Made by a program: the position numbers and the translations under genes. Shown in pieces: positions 1 through 9,720 of a DNA stretch of 64,000 nucleotides (position 1 is the first letter of the stretch; the number at the start of each line of letters is the position of its first letter). Origin of the DNA: an uncultured Myxococcales bacterium (lineage in GTDB: Bacteria > Myxococcota > UBA727 > JABDBI01); assembly GCA_964368985.1 (NCBI GenBank), contig CAYJDW010000005.1:1513-65512 (forward strand), written 5' to 3'. Under the pieces are notes generated by a model, which was not told the DNA's origin, did no database searches, and saw nothing but the letters and a program-made list of their open reading frames with translations.

Positions 1-3000
1 CAATCAAGCTGATAATGTTGATACCTGGTTTTAACACTATGTCTTGATTAATTTTTTCTTCTTGAGAAGAAGTGCTCAACGATTTGTAGAATACTTTTTT
101 CATATTCACGTACAACAACAATTCAGACACTTTTCCCGAGCTTAAAATATTAGCCGAGACGACTCCATTTGCTTGCTTGGTCCAGCCATTGCCTTCGGCA
201 AATTTGAGACCAATTTTAGCGGGAATGCGGTCAAAATTAATGGTGAAAAAATCACTCTTCTTTTGGGGCACTTCTTTGGTTTTAGAATTATAGATTTTCA
301 AATCGCTTTTCTTCACAAAACCAACTAAGTTTTCATCGACGTTAACCAGATAATAGCCATTGAGCTCACCCAAACTTTCGCAACGCAAACCTTCTTTTAG
401 CGTAGCCAATACCTGAGCTTTATCATTTGCCTTAGCCAAAAGGCTCGCAGTTTTACTCGACAAGACTAAGCTTGCCTTCTTGCCCGTAGTTTTTTCTTTA
501 TGAGCGACATCTAATGAAATTTTATCGCGCCAAATATCGTGCATTTGTCCATCGAAAACTTGGATTTCAAAATCCGCGCTTTCACTGGGTTCCTTAACCC
601 TAAAAGAAAAGCGCACACTTCCCTCTTGGTTCGGTAACATCTCGCCTAGCTGCACCCTGCCCGTTTTAAGAAATACTTTGGCACCTGATTCATTTCTTAA
701 GAGCACCGTGGGTTCAAAGGCCTTGCCTTCGCCGATATTTTTTAGCCATACCACCAGCTCAACATCTTCACCATTTTGCACTTTACCGTCGCCATTGCCG
801 GATTTAGCATCATCGATAAATACTAAATGTGAAAAACGCGGACGCCCTAGACCGTTAATGACGATGGGTAAATTCAGCTCATCGAGTTTCTCTTTAGCAA
901 TATCTCTTATTTCCAAGCTCAGTAAATCTTTGCGCGTAATGACATCCTTCGGAATCTCAAACTCAACTGTTCTCTCAATTTCTTGACCAGGATTTAGCTT
1001 GCCAAAAAGGAATTCCTTCTGATCAAACAAGGGAGTTTTTGAATGAGTAAGAGCGTGGACTTGATAGGCTGGCACTTTCCCAAGATTCTTCACTTTAACC
1101 GTCACCTTTAGCTTCTCCCCGGCTTTAGCGCCTGGGTTGGCAATGATACTAGTTTTAAGGGCCTTAGCAGCACTGAGTTTATTTCCGATTGACCAATCAA
1201 TATTATATTTCTTTAGCGCATCAATAATTTTCTTTTGTTCTTGCTTATCGAGGCGGGCCTTGATTGACTCGGCTTCAGCCAACAGTTCACTTCTTTTTGG
1301 TCCTTTTGCCGAAGTAATAAATTCAGATGCCACGATAATCGGAAATTCCTGTTTTAGCTTAGCCGCATTGATCTTGCTATATTCGGCTCCTTCTTCGGAA
1401 GGCGGGGGCGCAAGAAATTCAATTTGCATCAAAGACTTTTCTTCTCGTTTTTTAGCGGCGGAAAGATGGGCTTCGAGGTCAATTTCACGCATGGAAGTGT
1501 TTTGAAAAAGGCTCAACTCCTCCGCTTTATTGGCATTGATCTCAGAAATTCTTATGTCAGGCGTGACCCCAATGGTCTGAATGATTTTATCTTGAGGGGC
1601 ATAATATTGAGCAATGGTCAACTTCAAAGCCGCGGGCTCAATCGGTTTATCTTTGGTAGCTTTTCCATCCTTGAGGCTTGGAAAATCAAAGAGCATCTGA
1701 ACCGAGCCTTTACCAAAAGTAGGTGAATCGCCGATCAAAATGGCGCGTCCCCCATTTGGGTCATCCCCCTCAGCGCCACCATATTGCAAGGCTGCCGCAA
1801 CGATCTCCGATGCACTAGCAGAGCCGCCATTGATCAAAACGGCGATCTTCATATTTTTATCCAGCTCTCCCGGCGTCGCCATTTCTACCTGGCGAGATTC
1901 TTTGAGCGCCCCTTGGGTAGACACTATTTCCCCACTGCTTAAAAACAAATCGGAAATAGCAACCGCTTCTCGCAGCAATCCCCCGGGATTATCACGTAAA
2001 TCCAAGATGACGCCTTTCATTTTTTCTTTGCTATCACCCTTCATTTTCAAGATGGCCGATTTTACATCGTCAGCTGTGTTTCCTTGAAAAGCCTTAATAC
2101 GCAAATAACCGACATTATTATCAAGCAGAGCATAAGCCACTGAATCAACTTTAATGATGTCGCGTTTGAGAGTGAAATCCAGCTCTTTAGTGGAATTGCC
2201 CCGTTGGACGGAGATTTTCACATTACTTTTTGGCGCACCGCGCAGTTTTGATACCGCGTCTTCAAGCGGCATATTGATGGCAGAATCTTCATCGATTTTA
2301 ACAATACGATCTTTAGCCTTCACGCCCGCAATGGCAGCAGGAGTACCATCAATCGGGCTAATAACCGTCAAAAAGCCATCGCGGATAGAAATAACGATAC
2401 CTACGCCACCAAACTCACCTTTGGTCGTCAGGGTCAAATCCCGGGCATATTCGGGTTTCAAAAAAACAGAATGCGGGTCGAGGGTACCAAGCATGGCATT
2501 GATAGCACCATTCTCGATTTTTTCCCAATCAATAGGCTCGTCCTTGGCTTTGGACTTAACTGCTAGACCCTGTTTTTTAGCTTCAGCCTCTACAAATTTA
2601 AAAATATCCCGCAGCATGAAAATCATGCCCCAAATGGATTTTTGTGGTTCATAATCAAAAACTTTTTTTACCCCACCAAGATCCAAACTTAGCTTTTCTT
2701 TTACAAGAGGAGCCACAGGGACGGTTGGTTTAGGTTTAGAATTATCGGTCCCAGCAGGCGGTGGCGGAGCTGATGAGGAACTCGCGGATGCTTGAGCCTC
2801 AAGCATCGCAAATTCTTCGCCTTTTTTACTCTTCTCAAGAGCTTGCTCTAAGGATTTTGGGAGAGTCACTACTAATCGCGAAATATAGGACTCTAGGGAT
2901 TCAAGAATAGCGGCGAGCATTGCTCCTGTGTCAATCCTTTCGGGGTCAACATATTGCTCTTTCATTAGTAAGGCCACACGAGGCAGATTATTAAATACGG

Positions 3001-3088
3001 CACTTTGACTATTGGGCGCGTCCACGACCTTAGCCATACTAAAGTTAGGAAGCAGACTCATAACCGCGAAGAGCGGAATCAATTTCAT
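1..3088 (-). CDS. Tail-specific / C-terminal processing peptidase (S41 family) with a long C-terminal extension. The 3' end runs off the window.
   Basis: Continuous minus-strand frame from the ATG at 3088 to position 1 with no stop. The N-terminus MKLIPLFAVMSLLPNFSMA looks like a signal peptide. It contains the S41 catalytic motif ...LINGGSASASEIVAAAL... encoded around 1830-1870 on the minus strand. It is absent from the ORF track because it has no in-window stop. The plus-strand ORFs 678-2654 are its antisense shadows. Confidence 0.8.
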   Translation of the reverse strand, partial: MKLIPLFAVMSLLPNFSMAKVVDAPNSQSAVFNNLPRVALLMKEQYVDPERIDTGAMLAAILESLESYISRLVVTLPKSLEQALEKSKKGEEFAMLEAQASASSSSAPPPPAGTDNSKPKPTVPVAPLVKEKLSLDLGGVKKVFDYEPQKSIWGMIFMLRDIFKFVEAEAKKQGLAVKSKAKDEPIDWEKIENGAINAMLGTLDPHSVFLKPEYARDLTLTTKGEFGGVGIVISIRDGFLTVISPIDGTPAAIAGVKAKDRIVKIDEDSAINMPLEDAVSKLRGAPKSNVKISVQRGNSTKELDFTLKRDIIKVDSVAYALLDNNVGYLRIKAFQGNTADDVKSAILKMKGDSKEKMKGVILDLRDNPGGLLREAVAISDLFLSSGEIVSTQGALKESRQVEMATPGELDKNMKIAVLINGGSASASEIVAAALQYGGAEGDDPNGGRAILIGDSPTFGKGSVQMLFDFPSLKDGKATKDKPIEPAALKLTIAQYYAPQDKIIQTIGVTPDIRISEINANKAEELSLFQNTSMREIDLEAHLSAAKKREEKSLMQIEFLAPPPSEEGAEYSKINAAKLKQEFPIIVASEFITSAKGPKRSELLAEAESIKARLDKQEQKKIIDALKKYNIDWSIGNKLSAAKALKTSIIANPGAKAGEKLKVTVKVKNLGKVPAYQVHALTHSKTPLFDQKEFLFGKLNPGQEIERTVEFEIPKDVITRKDLLSLEIRDIAKEKLDELNLPIVINGLGRPRFSHLVFIDDAKSGNGDGKVQNGEDVELVVWLKNIGEGKAFEPTVLLRNESGAKVFLKTGRVQLGEMLPNQEGSVRFSFRVKEPSESADFEIQVFDGQMHDIWRDKISLDVAHKEKTTGKKASLVLSSKTASLLAKANDKAQVLATLKEGLRCESLGELNGYYLVNVDENLVGFVKKSDLKIYNSKTKEVPQKKSDFFTINFDRIPAKIGLKFAEGNGWTKQANGVVSANILSSGKVSELLLYVNMKKVFYKSLSTSSQEEKINQDIVLKPGINIISLI

Positions 3089-3264
3089 AGGGGGCAGGGA
3101 AAAAATCCGGTTTATTATTTTAATCATAGGACAAATGTCTCCTAAAATTCCAGCGCCAAATAGTAATATAGCGAACTTTCGAGGGATTAGTGAGAAGGGG
3201 AACTAGCTAAATGTTATCCCCCCCACTTAGCTGCTTTTTTTTTCAAAATCAGATGAAATATGGG

Positions 3265-4377
3265 TTAATTAGAGTCTTCACCACTCCCAGAAATACCCAC
3301 ACGGATAACCGCTTTTAACAAACGATTGCGTCTCAAATTGCCGATCAAACCATAGATTTCATTATAAAGACTAGGGTCCTTTAAAAAGAGCCCTAGGGAG
3401 CCTTTGCCGCTTTTAACATCGGCAATTAAAAGCTCCAAATCGTGTGCTGCCACGTTTAGAGAACGCAAGAATTGGCCATTATCCTTGGTATAAATCAGAT
3501 CATGCAAAATTCCATCGCCAGTTTTTACATCTCCCAGCAAGGTGGATAAATGCCCAAAACTGCTGTTCATCTTCGCCACGGTTTTTTGTCCCTCAGGGTC
3601 ATAGAGCAAAGCATGGGCTAAACCATTACCCTCCTTGACTGCGTGGGTAATAGATTTGACGTCGGCGATTATACCGTCGATTTTCTTCATGGTCGTTGAG
3701 ATACTCGCAATGGACTTTTTAGTGTCTTGTCCCGCACCTTTGTCATAAATGAGCTCATGTAAAACCCCATCGCCTGTCTCAATTTCCTTAAAGATTTTTT
3801 GCAAGGATTTAGCGGAACCCGCCAAGGCCGTGTCACCGCCCTGCGCGGTAAAGCCTTTGAAAATATCCCGAGCATCAGAAATGGTTTCGGTAACATTCTC
3901 CAAGATTTCCTGAGCCTGCTGCAGCGCCTTATTAAAATCGATAGGCGGAGTAGATTTAAGCATTCCGCCCGCTTGTAATTCCGGCAATTCTGGCGAACCG
4001 ATGCTGATATTGATGAGTTTATCGCCTAAGAGCCCCTTGCTATCGATCCGAGCAATGGAATCTTCACGAATCCACTCCATCGCACTCTTCGAAACATCCA
4101 TGACAATCGTGATATCGCGCGAGAGGCCTGGCGCATCGGCTCGTAAAAGAGGAAACTTGATCTTACTCACGTGGCCCACCACCACGCCGGACAACATGAC
4201 ATCAGCGCCGAGAGCTAAACCTGCCACATTGGGAAAATGGGTTTCTACCGACACACTAGAATCAAATAAGCGCCTTTCGCGGCCGATTAAAAATATTAAA
4301 AGCACTAATACAATCAGACCTAAGGCCACAAACAGCCCCAAAATCAAATCATAAGAACGGCGTTTTAGAGCTGCCAT
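3265..4377 (-). CDS. MCE/MlaD-family substrate-binding protein with an N-terminal TM anchor
   Basis: TM helix LILGLFVALGLIVLVLLIFLIG followed by an Mce-like domain (GxxVxxxGVxVGxV pattern). It is immediately downstream of, and co-oriented with, the ABC ATPase. Confidence 0.75.
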   Translation of the reverse strand: MAALKRRSYDLILGLFVALGLIVLVLLIFLIGRERRLFDSSVSVETHFPNVAGLALGADVMLSGVVVGHVSKIKFPLLRADAPGLSRDITIVMDVSKSAMEWIREDSIARIDSKGLLGDKLINISIGSPELPELQAGGMLKSTPPIDFNKALQQAQEILENVTETISDARDIFKGFTAQGGDTALAGSAKSLQKIFKEIETGDGVLHELIYDKGAGQDTKKSIASISTTMKKIDGIIADVKSITHAVKEGNGLAHALLYDPEGQKTVAKMNSSFGHLSTLLGDVKTGDGILHDLIYTKDNGQFLRSLNVAAHDLELLIADVKSGKGSLGLFLKDPSLYNEIYGLIGNLRRNRLLKAVIRVGISGSGEDSN

Positions 4378-4380
4378 TGG

Positions 4381-5181
4381 TTACAAGCCTCCTTGAACCG
4401 TCAAAAGAATTGAGGGATCCCCCAACACAAAACCGCGTACCACTGCATCCTCACTTTGTTCAAGATCGGAAAAACTGCCCAGGGCACGCACTTTTCCGCC
4501 ATAAAAAAACGCTACATCATCGCCCAAAGTTCTCACGCTGGGCATGTCATGGGTGACCACGACGCTGGTGCATTTTAGGCGATCCTGCAAAAACAAAATC
4601 AAATCGACAATTCGTCTAGTATTAATAGGATCAAGCCCCGCGGTGGGCTCATCATAAAGAATAATTGCTGGGTTGGTAACGATTGCACGCGCAAGGCCAA
4701 TACGTTTTTTCATACCGCCTGATAATTCACTGGGCATTTTTTCTGCCGTATCCGGCAATCCTACCATTGCCAGAGTCATTTGAACCCGATCAGCTATTTC
4801 GCTTGGGTCACATTGTTTTTGCACAATCAGCGGATAGGCAATATTTTCAAAAACACTCATGGAATCAAAGAGAGCGGCACCTTGAAATACCATGGAAATT
4901 TTCTGCCTAATCGGCAAAAAATCATCTTCACGTTCAATCTGAGCAATATCAATATCATCAAATAAAATCGAACCCGCATCAGGTAAAACTAAGCCAATCA
5001 GCATTTTGATGGTAACAGTTTTACCGCATCCTGATGGCCCCAAAATCGACAAAACTTTAGATTTTCGGATGGGAAGAGTTATATCCTGGCAAACCATTTG
5101 CGAACCAAAGGATTTTTTCACTTTGATCAACGACAAAGCCAGTTTAGGATCGAGTTTTTTTTCAAGAAATACATCTGACAT
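4381..5181 (-). CDS. ABC transporter ATP-binding protein (MlaF/Mkl-like)
   Basis: Walker A GPSGCGKT, ABC signature LSGGMKKR and Walker B ILYDEPTAGLD. There is a 3-nt gap to the MCE gene. Confidence 0.85.
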   Translation of the reverse strand: MSDVFLEKKLDPKLALSLIKVKKSFGSQMVCQDITLPIRKSKVLSILGPSGCGKTVTIKMLIGLVLPDAGSILFDDIDIAQIEREDDFLPIRQKISMVFQGAALFDSMSVFENIAYPLIVQKQCDPSEIADRVQMTLAMVGLPDTAEKMPSELSGGMKKRIGLARAIVTNPAIILYDEPTAGLDPINTRRIVDLILFLQDRLKCTSVVVTHDMPSVRTLGDDVAFFYGGKVRALGSFSDLEQSEDAVVRGFVLGDPSILLTVQGGL

Positions 5182-5289
5182 CAGCAGCTACCACTACCTA
5201 AATTATAAAATATTTAGGCATCGCACGAGCTTAAAAAATACCATTCGCCACTAGCATTGCATAATTAAATATCAATTTCCAACCCGCGA

Positions 5290-5835
5290 CTATGATAATA
5301 AAGATCCTGATTTATTCGCAAAGTCAACCGCAATAACATTATCAGCTTGTTCCATATTAACTTCATGAGGATCAATGTTGTCTTCAGCCAACGAAGCACA
5401 AAGCTCTTCGCTAATTCCTAAAACGTCTTTTTGATTATAATCACCGGGGAAGTGCTCAAACCAAACTGCTCCCTGATTCAGCACCGCTGATTGGATCCCA
5501 TAAACACTGGCCCAAGGCACCATACAAAATTGCTCACCTGAATCAAAAGACAAGGTGGCCCACACACCCACCTCATTAAAATTAAAATCCGGCACGTGAA
5601 AATGGTGACAAAAATTTAAGCGCAAATCACCTTGCTGCTTAAACTCAAGCGGCACCTTTACGCCCTGAGCTCTCGCATCAAATAATACCGAAACGGTACC
5701 GTGGGTCAGCCATTCATTAAAAAGCTCACGCTTCTTTTCGTTAAGCGGGTCCTTGATACCCTGGGCCTGCAAAGCCTTGCGAGCAAAGGGCAGCATCACC
5801 ACATTATTGGGCGTGGACTCATTAAAATCGGACAT
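5290..5835 (-). CDS. sspB: ClpXP adaptor SspB (stringent starvation protein B) family
   Basis: The N-terminal ~110 aa resemble E. coli SspB (RELFNEWLTHG...GVKVPLEF..DLRLNF vs RAFYEWLLDN...GVQVPMEY..QIVLNI). It has an acidic C-terminal tail. Confidence 0.6.
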   Translation of the reverse strand: MSDFNESTPNNVVMLPFARKALQAQGIKDPLNEKKRELFNEWLTHGTVSVLFDARAQGVKVPLEFKQQGDLRLNFCHHFHVPDFNFNEVGVWATLSFDSGEQFCMVPWASVYGIQSAVLNQGAVWFEHFPGDYNQKDVLGISEELCASLAEDNIDPHEVNMEQADNVIAVDFANKSGSLLS

Positions 5836-5870
5836 TTGGCACTACCCGGGTCAGGTCAGAATTATTAAAT

Positions 5871-6134
5871 TTAAGCACGTATGCCATGCTTCGCTTGATA
5901 TTCTTTGGTTAAATCAGAGAGAGATGATTCCAATACATATTTAACTTCTTTATCAAAACGTACTTTTCGTGCGGCGATCTCTCTAAGAGCAGTAACTTGT
6001 TCGTTATTTTTGTAGCCATCAACGAGGGGGCGGCTGCCTTTCATGAGCTGACGCGTACGCGCAGCGGCGAGCAACACCATGGCAAAACGGTTATCAATAA
6101 CTTTTAAGCAATCTTCAACAGTAACGCGTGCCAT
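5871..6134 (-). CDS. rpoZ: DNA-directed RNA polymerase subunit omega
   Basis: [10 protein letters not shown]...[15 protein letters not shown], the typical RpoZ N-terminus, in an 87-aa protein. Confidence 0.85.
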   Translation of the reverse strand: MARVTVEDCLKVIDNRFAMVLLAAARTRQLMKGSRPLVDGYKNNEQVTALREIAARKVRFDKEVKYVLESSLSDLTKEYQAKHGIRA

Positions 6135-6210
6135 ATTAAACTCCTGGAATACATAGTCATGAGAGCCTTAGCCGCTTTTAATCGAAAACTCAACACCAGT
6201 GTTTGCTAGC

Positions 6211-6239
6211 TTGCGCTTTGGCGATTTGGTGCTTATAGT
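6211..6239 (+). promoter_or_regulatory. Putative sigma70 promoter of ssrA (-35 TTGCGC, 17-bp spacer, -10 TATAGT)
   Basis: Hexamers read directly at 6211-6216 and 6234-6239, 7 nt upstream of the predicted tmRNA 5' end. Confidence 0.4.
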
Positions 6240-6245
6240 CACGGT

Positions 6246-6628
6246 GGGGGTGATTATGGATTCGACGGAGGAAGGAAGGGTTAAATGGCACGTCGCGGGT
6301 TTCAGTAACCGCGTAAAAATGCTGAAAAAACATAAACGCAAACAATAACGTTGCGCGCTTGGGCTTTGCCCAAGCAGCTGCTTAAGCTTAATAACCTTAA
6401 AGTAGCCACTGGTCCGATGCTGGCTTGGGTGTCGGGTTGCTAGTGAAAAACCCCACAGGCTGGTTTTTAGGCCTCTTTGGCCGTCCTAAAAACGAGAAAT
6501 AGGCCAAAAACTGCCAGAGAAAGCCTGCCGCTGGGCGCTTTCTGGGAGCTTAAAACAGACGGCTAAACGTGTAGAAGTTTAATGCGGATATCTTGCGGAC
6601 GCGGGTTCAAATCCCGCCACCTCCACCA
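6246..6628 (+). ncRNA. ssrA: tmRNA (transfer-messenger RNA)
   Basis: The 5' GGGGGTGATTATGGATTCGACGG pairs with the 3' ...CGCCACCTCCACCA, giving a G3:U70 alanine identity pair. The T-arm is GCGGGTTCAAATCCCGC. An internal tag reading frame ends in GCA GCT GCT TAA GCT TAA TAA. The predicted tag is ANNNVARLGFAQAAA if the first GCA is the resume codon. Confidence 0.85.
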
Positions 6629-6634
6629 TCACTA

Positions 6635-6662
6635 AAAACAGCCTTTCGGGGCTGTTTTTTTT
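6635..6662 (+). terminator. Rho-independent terminator after ssrA
   Basis: Stem CAGCC/GGCTG with loop TTTCGG, followed by an 8-T run. Confidence 0.6.
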
Positions 6663-6735
6663 GCATTTAGGCATGGAAAATTTCTTGCGAGACGTTTATG
6701 GTTTCTCCTCGAGCCGAGCCATGTGGGGGCCACAA

Positions 6736-8121
6736 ATGTCAAAAGAAAACAAACTCGCCGCAGGTTCTTTAGGAACTGCAGAATCCATCATTATGGGAGT
6801 ATCGGGGACCGCGCCTGGTTTTAGTGCCGCGGCCACCACTGCGGCCCTCGTGGCTGCAGTGGGCACGCATTCCCCGAGCAGCGCGCTTTACAGTGCCCTA
6901 ATCATGTTTGGCGTGACCTTTTCTTTTATGTATTTAAACCGCGTTTCTGCGAATGCAGGCGCTTCTTATGTTTGGATCAGCCAGATCTTTGGGAAAAATT
7001 GGGGTTTCTTTGCTGGGTGGTCTTTATTGGTTGCCACAGCACTTTTTATGGTTTCAGGAACCATTCCTGCCGCCATGTCCACTCTCGTTTTGATCGATCC
7101 AGAACTGATCAATGATACCGTTTTAGTCAGCGTCGTTGCGGCTGGGTGGCTCACCTTTGTCGGTTTTATCCTCTTAAAAGGCATTAAACCAACCAGTTAT
7201 TTACAAGTCATTTTAACCTTGCTTGAAGTTGGCATATTAATAGCCATTATTATTGCAGCTTTCGTCTGTTTTATGAAGCAGCCCGCTCATAACATCTCTT
7301 GGGAGACTTTCAGCCCCTTTAGCTATTCTTTCGAGCTTTTCGCCAAAGGTGCCCTCATTTCGTTGTTTTTTTACTGGGGCTGGGACGTAACTCTCAACCT
7401 TTCGGAAGAAACCAAGAATTCCCAAAACTCTCCAGGCAAAGCCGCACTTTGGTCAATGATTATCGTGACGCTCATTTTCGTGGCTTTTCTGATGTGCACC
7501 TTGATCGCCCTCACTGATGAAGAGATTAAGCAATCGAGCACCAACGTGCTCCTTAAAATTGCCGATAAAATATTTCCTCAACCGTGGGGAAGCATTGCTA
7601 TTTTGTCGGTTGTGCTCAGCTCTTTGGGAACCATTGAAACTTCTATATTGCAATTTACTCGCACACTGTTCGCGAAATCCCGAGACGGCGTTCTTCACAA
7701 ACGATGGTCCAAAGTACACACTAAATGGCAAACTCCCTGGAGCGCGACGGTTCTAATTTGGGCCTTGGGAATGCTTTTTTTGGTGGTTGCATCGCAGGAG
7801 GCTTCCGTCGCCGCCATTATCGATATATCCATTAACGTCATTAGCTTTCAAGTAGCTTTTTATTATGGCCTTTGCGGATTGGCCTGCGCTTGGTTTTATC
7901 GCAGTCTTTTCCTCAAAGATATTGCCAAAACAATATTGTTAATCATCTGGCCTCTTTTTAGTTCCTTTACCTTGTTTGGCATTGCTGTTTACGGTGCCTT
8001 ATATATTTTTGATTATAAGTCTATTATCCTAGGCATCGGAGGTATCGGCGTGGGCGCGATTCCTCTTTTCCTCAATAAACTGAATCGTGGACCGAGCCTC
8101 AAAGCTGAGGTCCCGGAATAA
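6736..8121 (+). CDS. APC-superfamily amino-acid/polyamine permease
   Basis: About 12 predicted TM helices with an APC-like N-terminal region. The start was moved to the Met after the ssrA terminator, MSKENKLAAG. The ORF-track start at 6661 overlaps the terminator. Confidence 0.65.
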   Translation: MSKENKLAAGSLGTAESIIMGVSGTAPGFSAAATTAALVAAVGTHSPSSALYSALIMFGVTFSFMYLNRVSANAGASYVWISQIFGKNWGFFAGWSLLVATALFMVSGTIPAAMSTLVLIDPELINDTVLVSVVAAGWLTFVGFILLKGIKPTSYLQVILTLLEVGILIAIIIAAFVCFMKQPAHNISWETFSPFSYSFELFAKGALISLFFYWGWDVTLNLSEETKNSQNSPGKAALWSMIIVTLIFVAFLMCTLIALTDEEIKQSSTNVLLKIADKIFPQPWGSIAILSVVLSSLGTIETSILQFTRTLFAKSRDGVLHKRWSKVHTKWQTPWSATVLIWALGMLFLVVASQEASVAAIIDISINVISFQVAFYYGLCGLACAWFYRSLFLKDIAKTILLIIWPLFSSFTLFGIAVYGALYIFDYKSIILGIGGIGVGAIPLFLNKLNRGPSLKAEVPE

Positions 8122-8130
8122 GGACCCTAG

Positions 8131-8670
8131 ATGGCTCTCCCCTCCACCGTCTTTAAGGCGGAATTGCAAATATCCGATATGGATCGGAATTATTACCAAA
8201 CCAACGTTGTCACGCTCGCTCGACATCCATCGGAAACCGACGAACGCATGATGATGCGTGTACTGGCCTTTGCTATGAACGCGTCTGAAAACTTGAGCTT
8301 TGCCAACGGTCTCACTGCCAACGATGAACCTGATTTGTGGCAGAAAGATTTTAGCGGAACCATTTTATTATGGATCATGGTGGGCTTGCCCGATGAGAAA
8401 CAAATAAAAAAGGCCTGCAGTCGTTCAGAAGAGGTGATTATATATTGCTATGGCACTGGCGTCGAGGTGTGGTGGTCCGGACTGAATGCAGCCAAATTTA
8501 ATAATCTAAGCGTCTTTTGCATTCCGCCAAGTGTCAGTCAAGCTCTCGCTCATAGCGTCGAGCGGAGCATGAAAATTCAATGCACTATTCAGGATGGGAT
8601 GCTTTGGTGGTCGAGCAAAGAGGCTAGCATCGACATTGAATTTAGTGTGTTAAAAAAGACCAGGATTTAG
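8131..8670 (+). CDS. yaeQ: YaeQ-family protein
   Basis: N-terminus MALPSTVFKAELQISDMDRNYYQ...LARHPSETDERMM matches the conserved YaeQ start (ATIYKA.L.I.DMDR.YY). Confidence 0.75.
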   Translation: MALPSTVFKAELQISDMDRNYYQTNVVTLARHPSETDERMMMRVLAFAMNASENLSFANGLTANDEPDLWQKDFSGTILLWIMVGLPDEKQIKKACSRSEEVIIYCYGTGVEVWWSGLNAAKFNNLSVFCIPPSVSQALAHSVERSMKIQCTIQDGMLWWSSKEASIDIEFSVLKKTRI

Positions 8671-8728
8671 ATGCCGCATTCCCTATCCCAATACTCGACA
8701 TCATCTGGGCTTTTGATTGACCAAGATA

Positions 8729-8926
8729 TTAATTTTTCACGGCAATGGCAGTGTTGACTTCTCGAATATTGTTCGCCATATCCCCGTGAAAAAACCAAAG
8801 AAATTCGCCATTAAACTCGACAGTTTCAGAACCTTCCGAAATTATTAGAGTATCACCCCCCAGCGAGAAAGTCCCCCACACGTCCCGCACTACACAGGGC
8901 CTACGCATGAAAAATTTTCTTGACAT
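8729..8926 (-). CDS. Small hypothetical protein, possibly a cupin-like fragment
   Basis: 65-aa ORF at the edge of a very AT-rich, otherwise non-coding stretch. Weak motif resemblance only. Confidence 0.25.
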   Translation of the reverse strand: MSRKFFMRRPCVVRDVWGTFSLGGDTLIISEGSETVEFNGEFLWFFHGDMANNIREVNTAIAVKN

Positions 8927-9274
8927 TTGAGATAAGGTACTTAAAAGACATGGAATTTTTTCTCATGATTCCTTTAATCGATTGATCTGGCTTTTCTTTA
9001 ACCCTGCTCATAGAGTTTATTCGGCGAAGTCTCGGAAAGTACGATCGTTTTTATTGCGACTTTTGATGTTTTTTAAGTATTCAGAAAATTGTGGAATAAA
9101 TGAGTTTTCATAGTTATGAATAATAAAAACTTTGTGAATAAAATCGCTCAAATTATTTAATTTTTTGTCTTGGTCTTTGATTTTTAAGTAGATTTGTAAA
9201 TCTGAATACAGAGTTTTAAAAATCTCATTTTTAAAAACTTCGTAGTTATCGAAAAAACCTGTGTCCGTTAATGT

Positions 9275-9574
9275 TTAAAGAGAATCGTTCGTGAATACTT
9301 TATGCGATTTTACAAAATATCCCGATATTTTGAGTTTTATTTCTTTGACTTCGTCATCTTTGAAGCCGTATGGGGCAAATGCTTGCAAAAAATCAAGCAT
9401 CATACTCGTAGGATTGTCTATCGTTGCTTGATTGCCAAGTTGGTCTTTATTTAACTTGGCGAGGCGAAATTGTTTTCTAGATGACGTCTGTTGTTTGAAT
9501 AAACTAGCTTTGGAAAGTTGTTCTTGGAACAGTTCGTCGAGCGATGTGTTTGGCGGCATATTTGAAATAACCAA
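9275..9574 (-). CDS. Hypothetical protein
   Basis: 99-aa ORF in an AT-rich region with no recognisable motif. Confidence 0.25.
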   Translation of the reverse strand: MVISNMPPNTSLDELFQEQLSKASLFKQQTSSRKQFRLAKLNKDQLGNQATIDNPTSMMLDFLQAFAPYGFKDDEVKEIKLKISGYFVKSHKVFTNDSL

Positions 9575-9720
9575 TTGTCTGTTTTCGTCGCTGTTGAAAA
9601 AATATAGTATTAAATTAATTTTTTTTGAAAAATCAAAATGACGATTATTAAACCATTGCTGAATAATGTGTTTTCCACCATAGGTCTTGGTTTTCTTTCT
9701 TGTAATTCAGGAAATTTATT

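Noticed and set aside
678-2654. Chain of plus-strand ORFs (678-986, 1137-1505, 1424-1726, 1740-2087, 2154-2654) with low-complexity Ser/Leu-rich products
   Set aside because: They are antisense shadows of the long minus-strand S41 protease gene (1-3088), which carries the real motifs.
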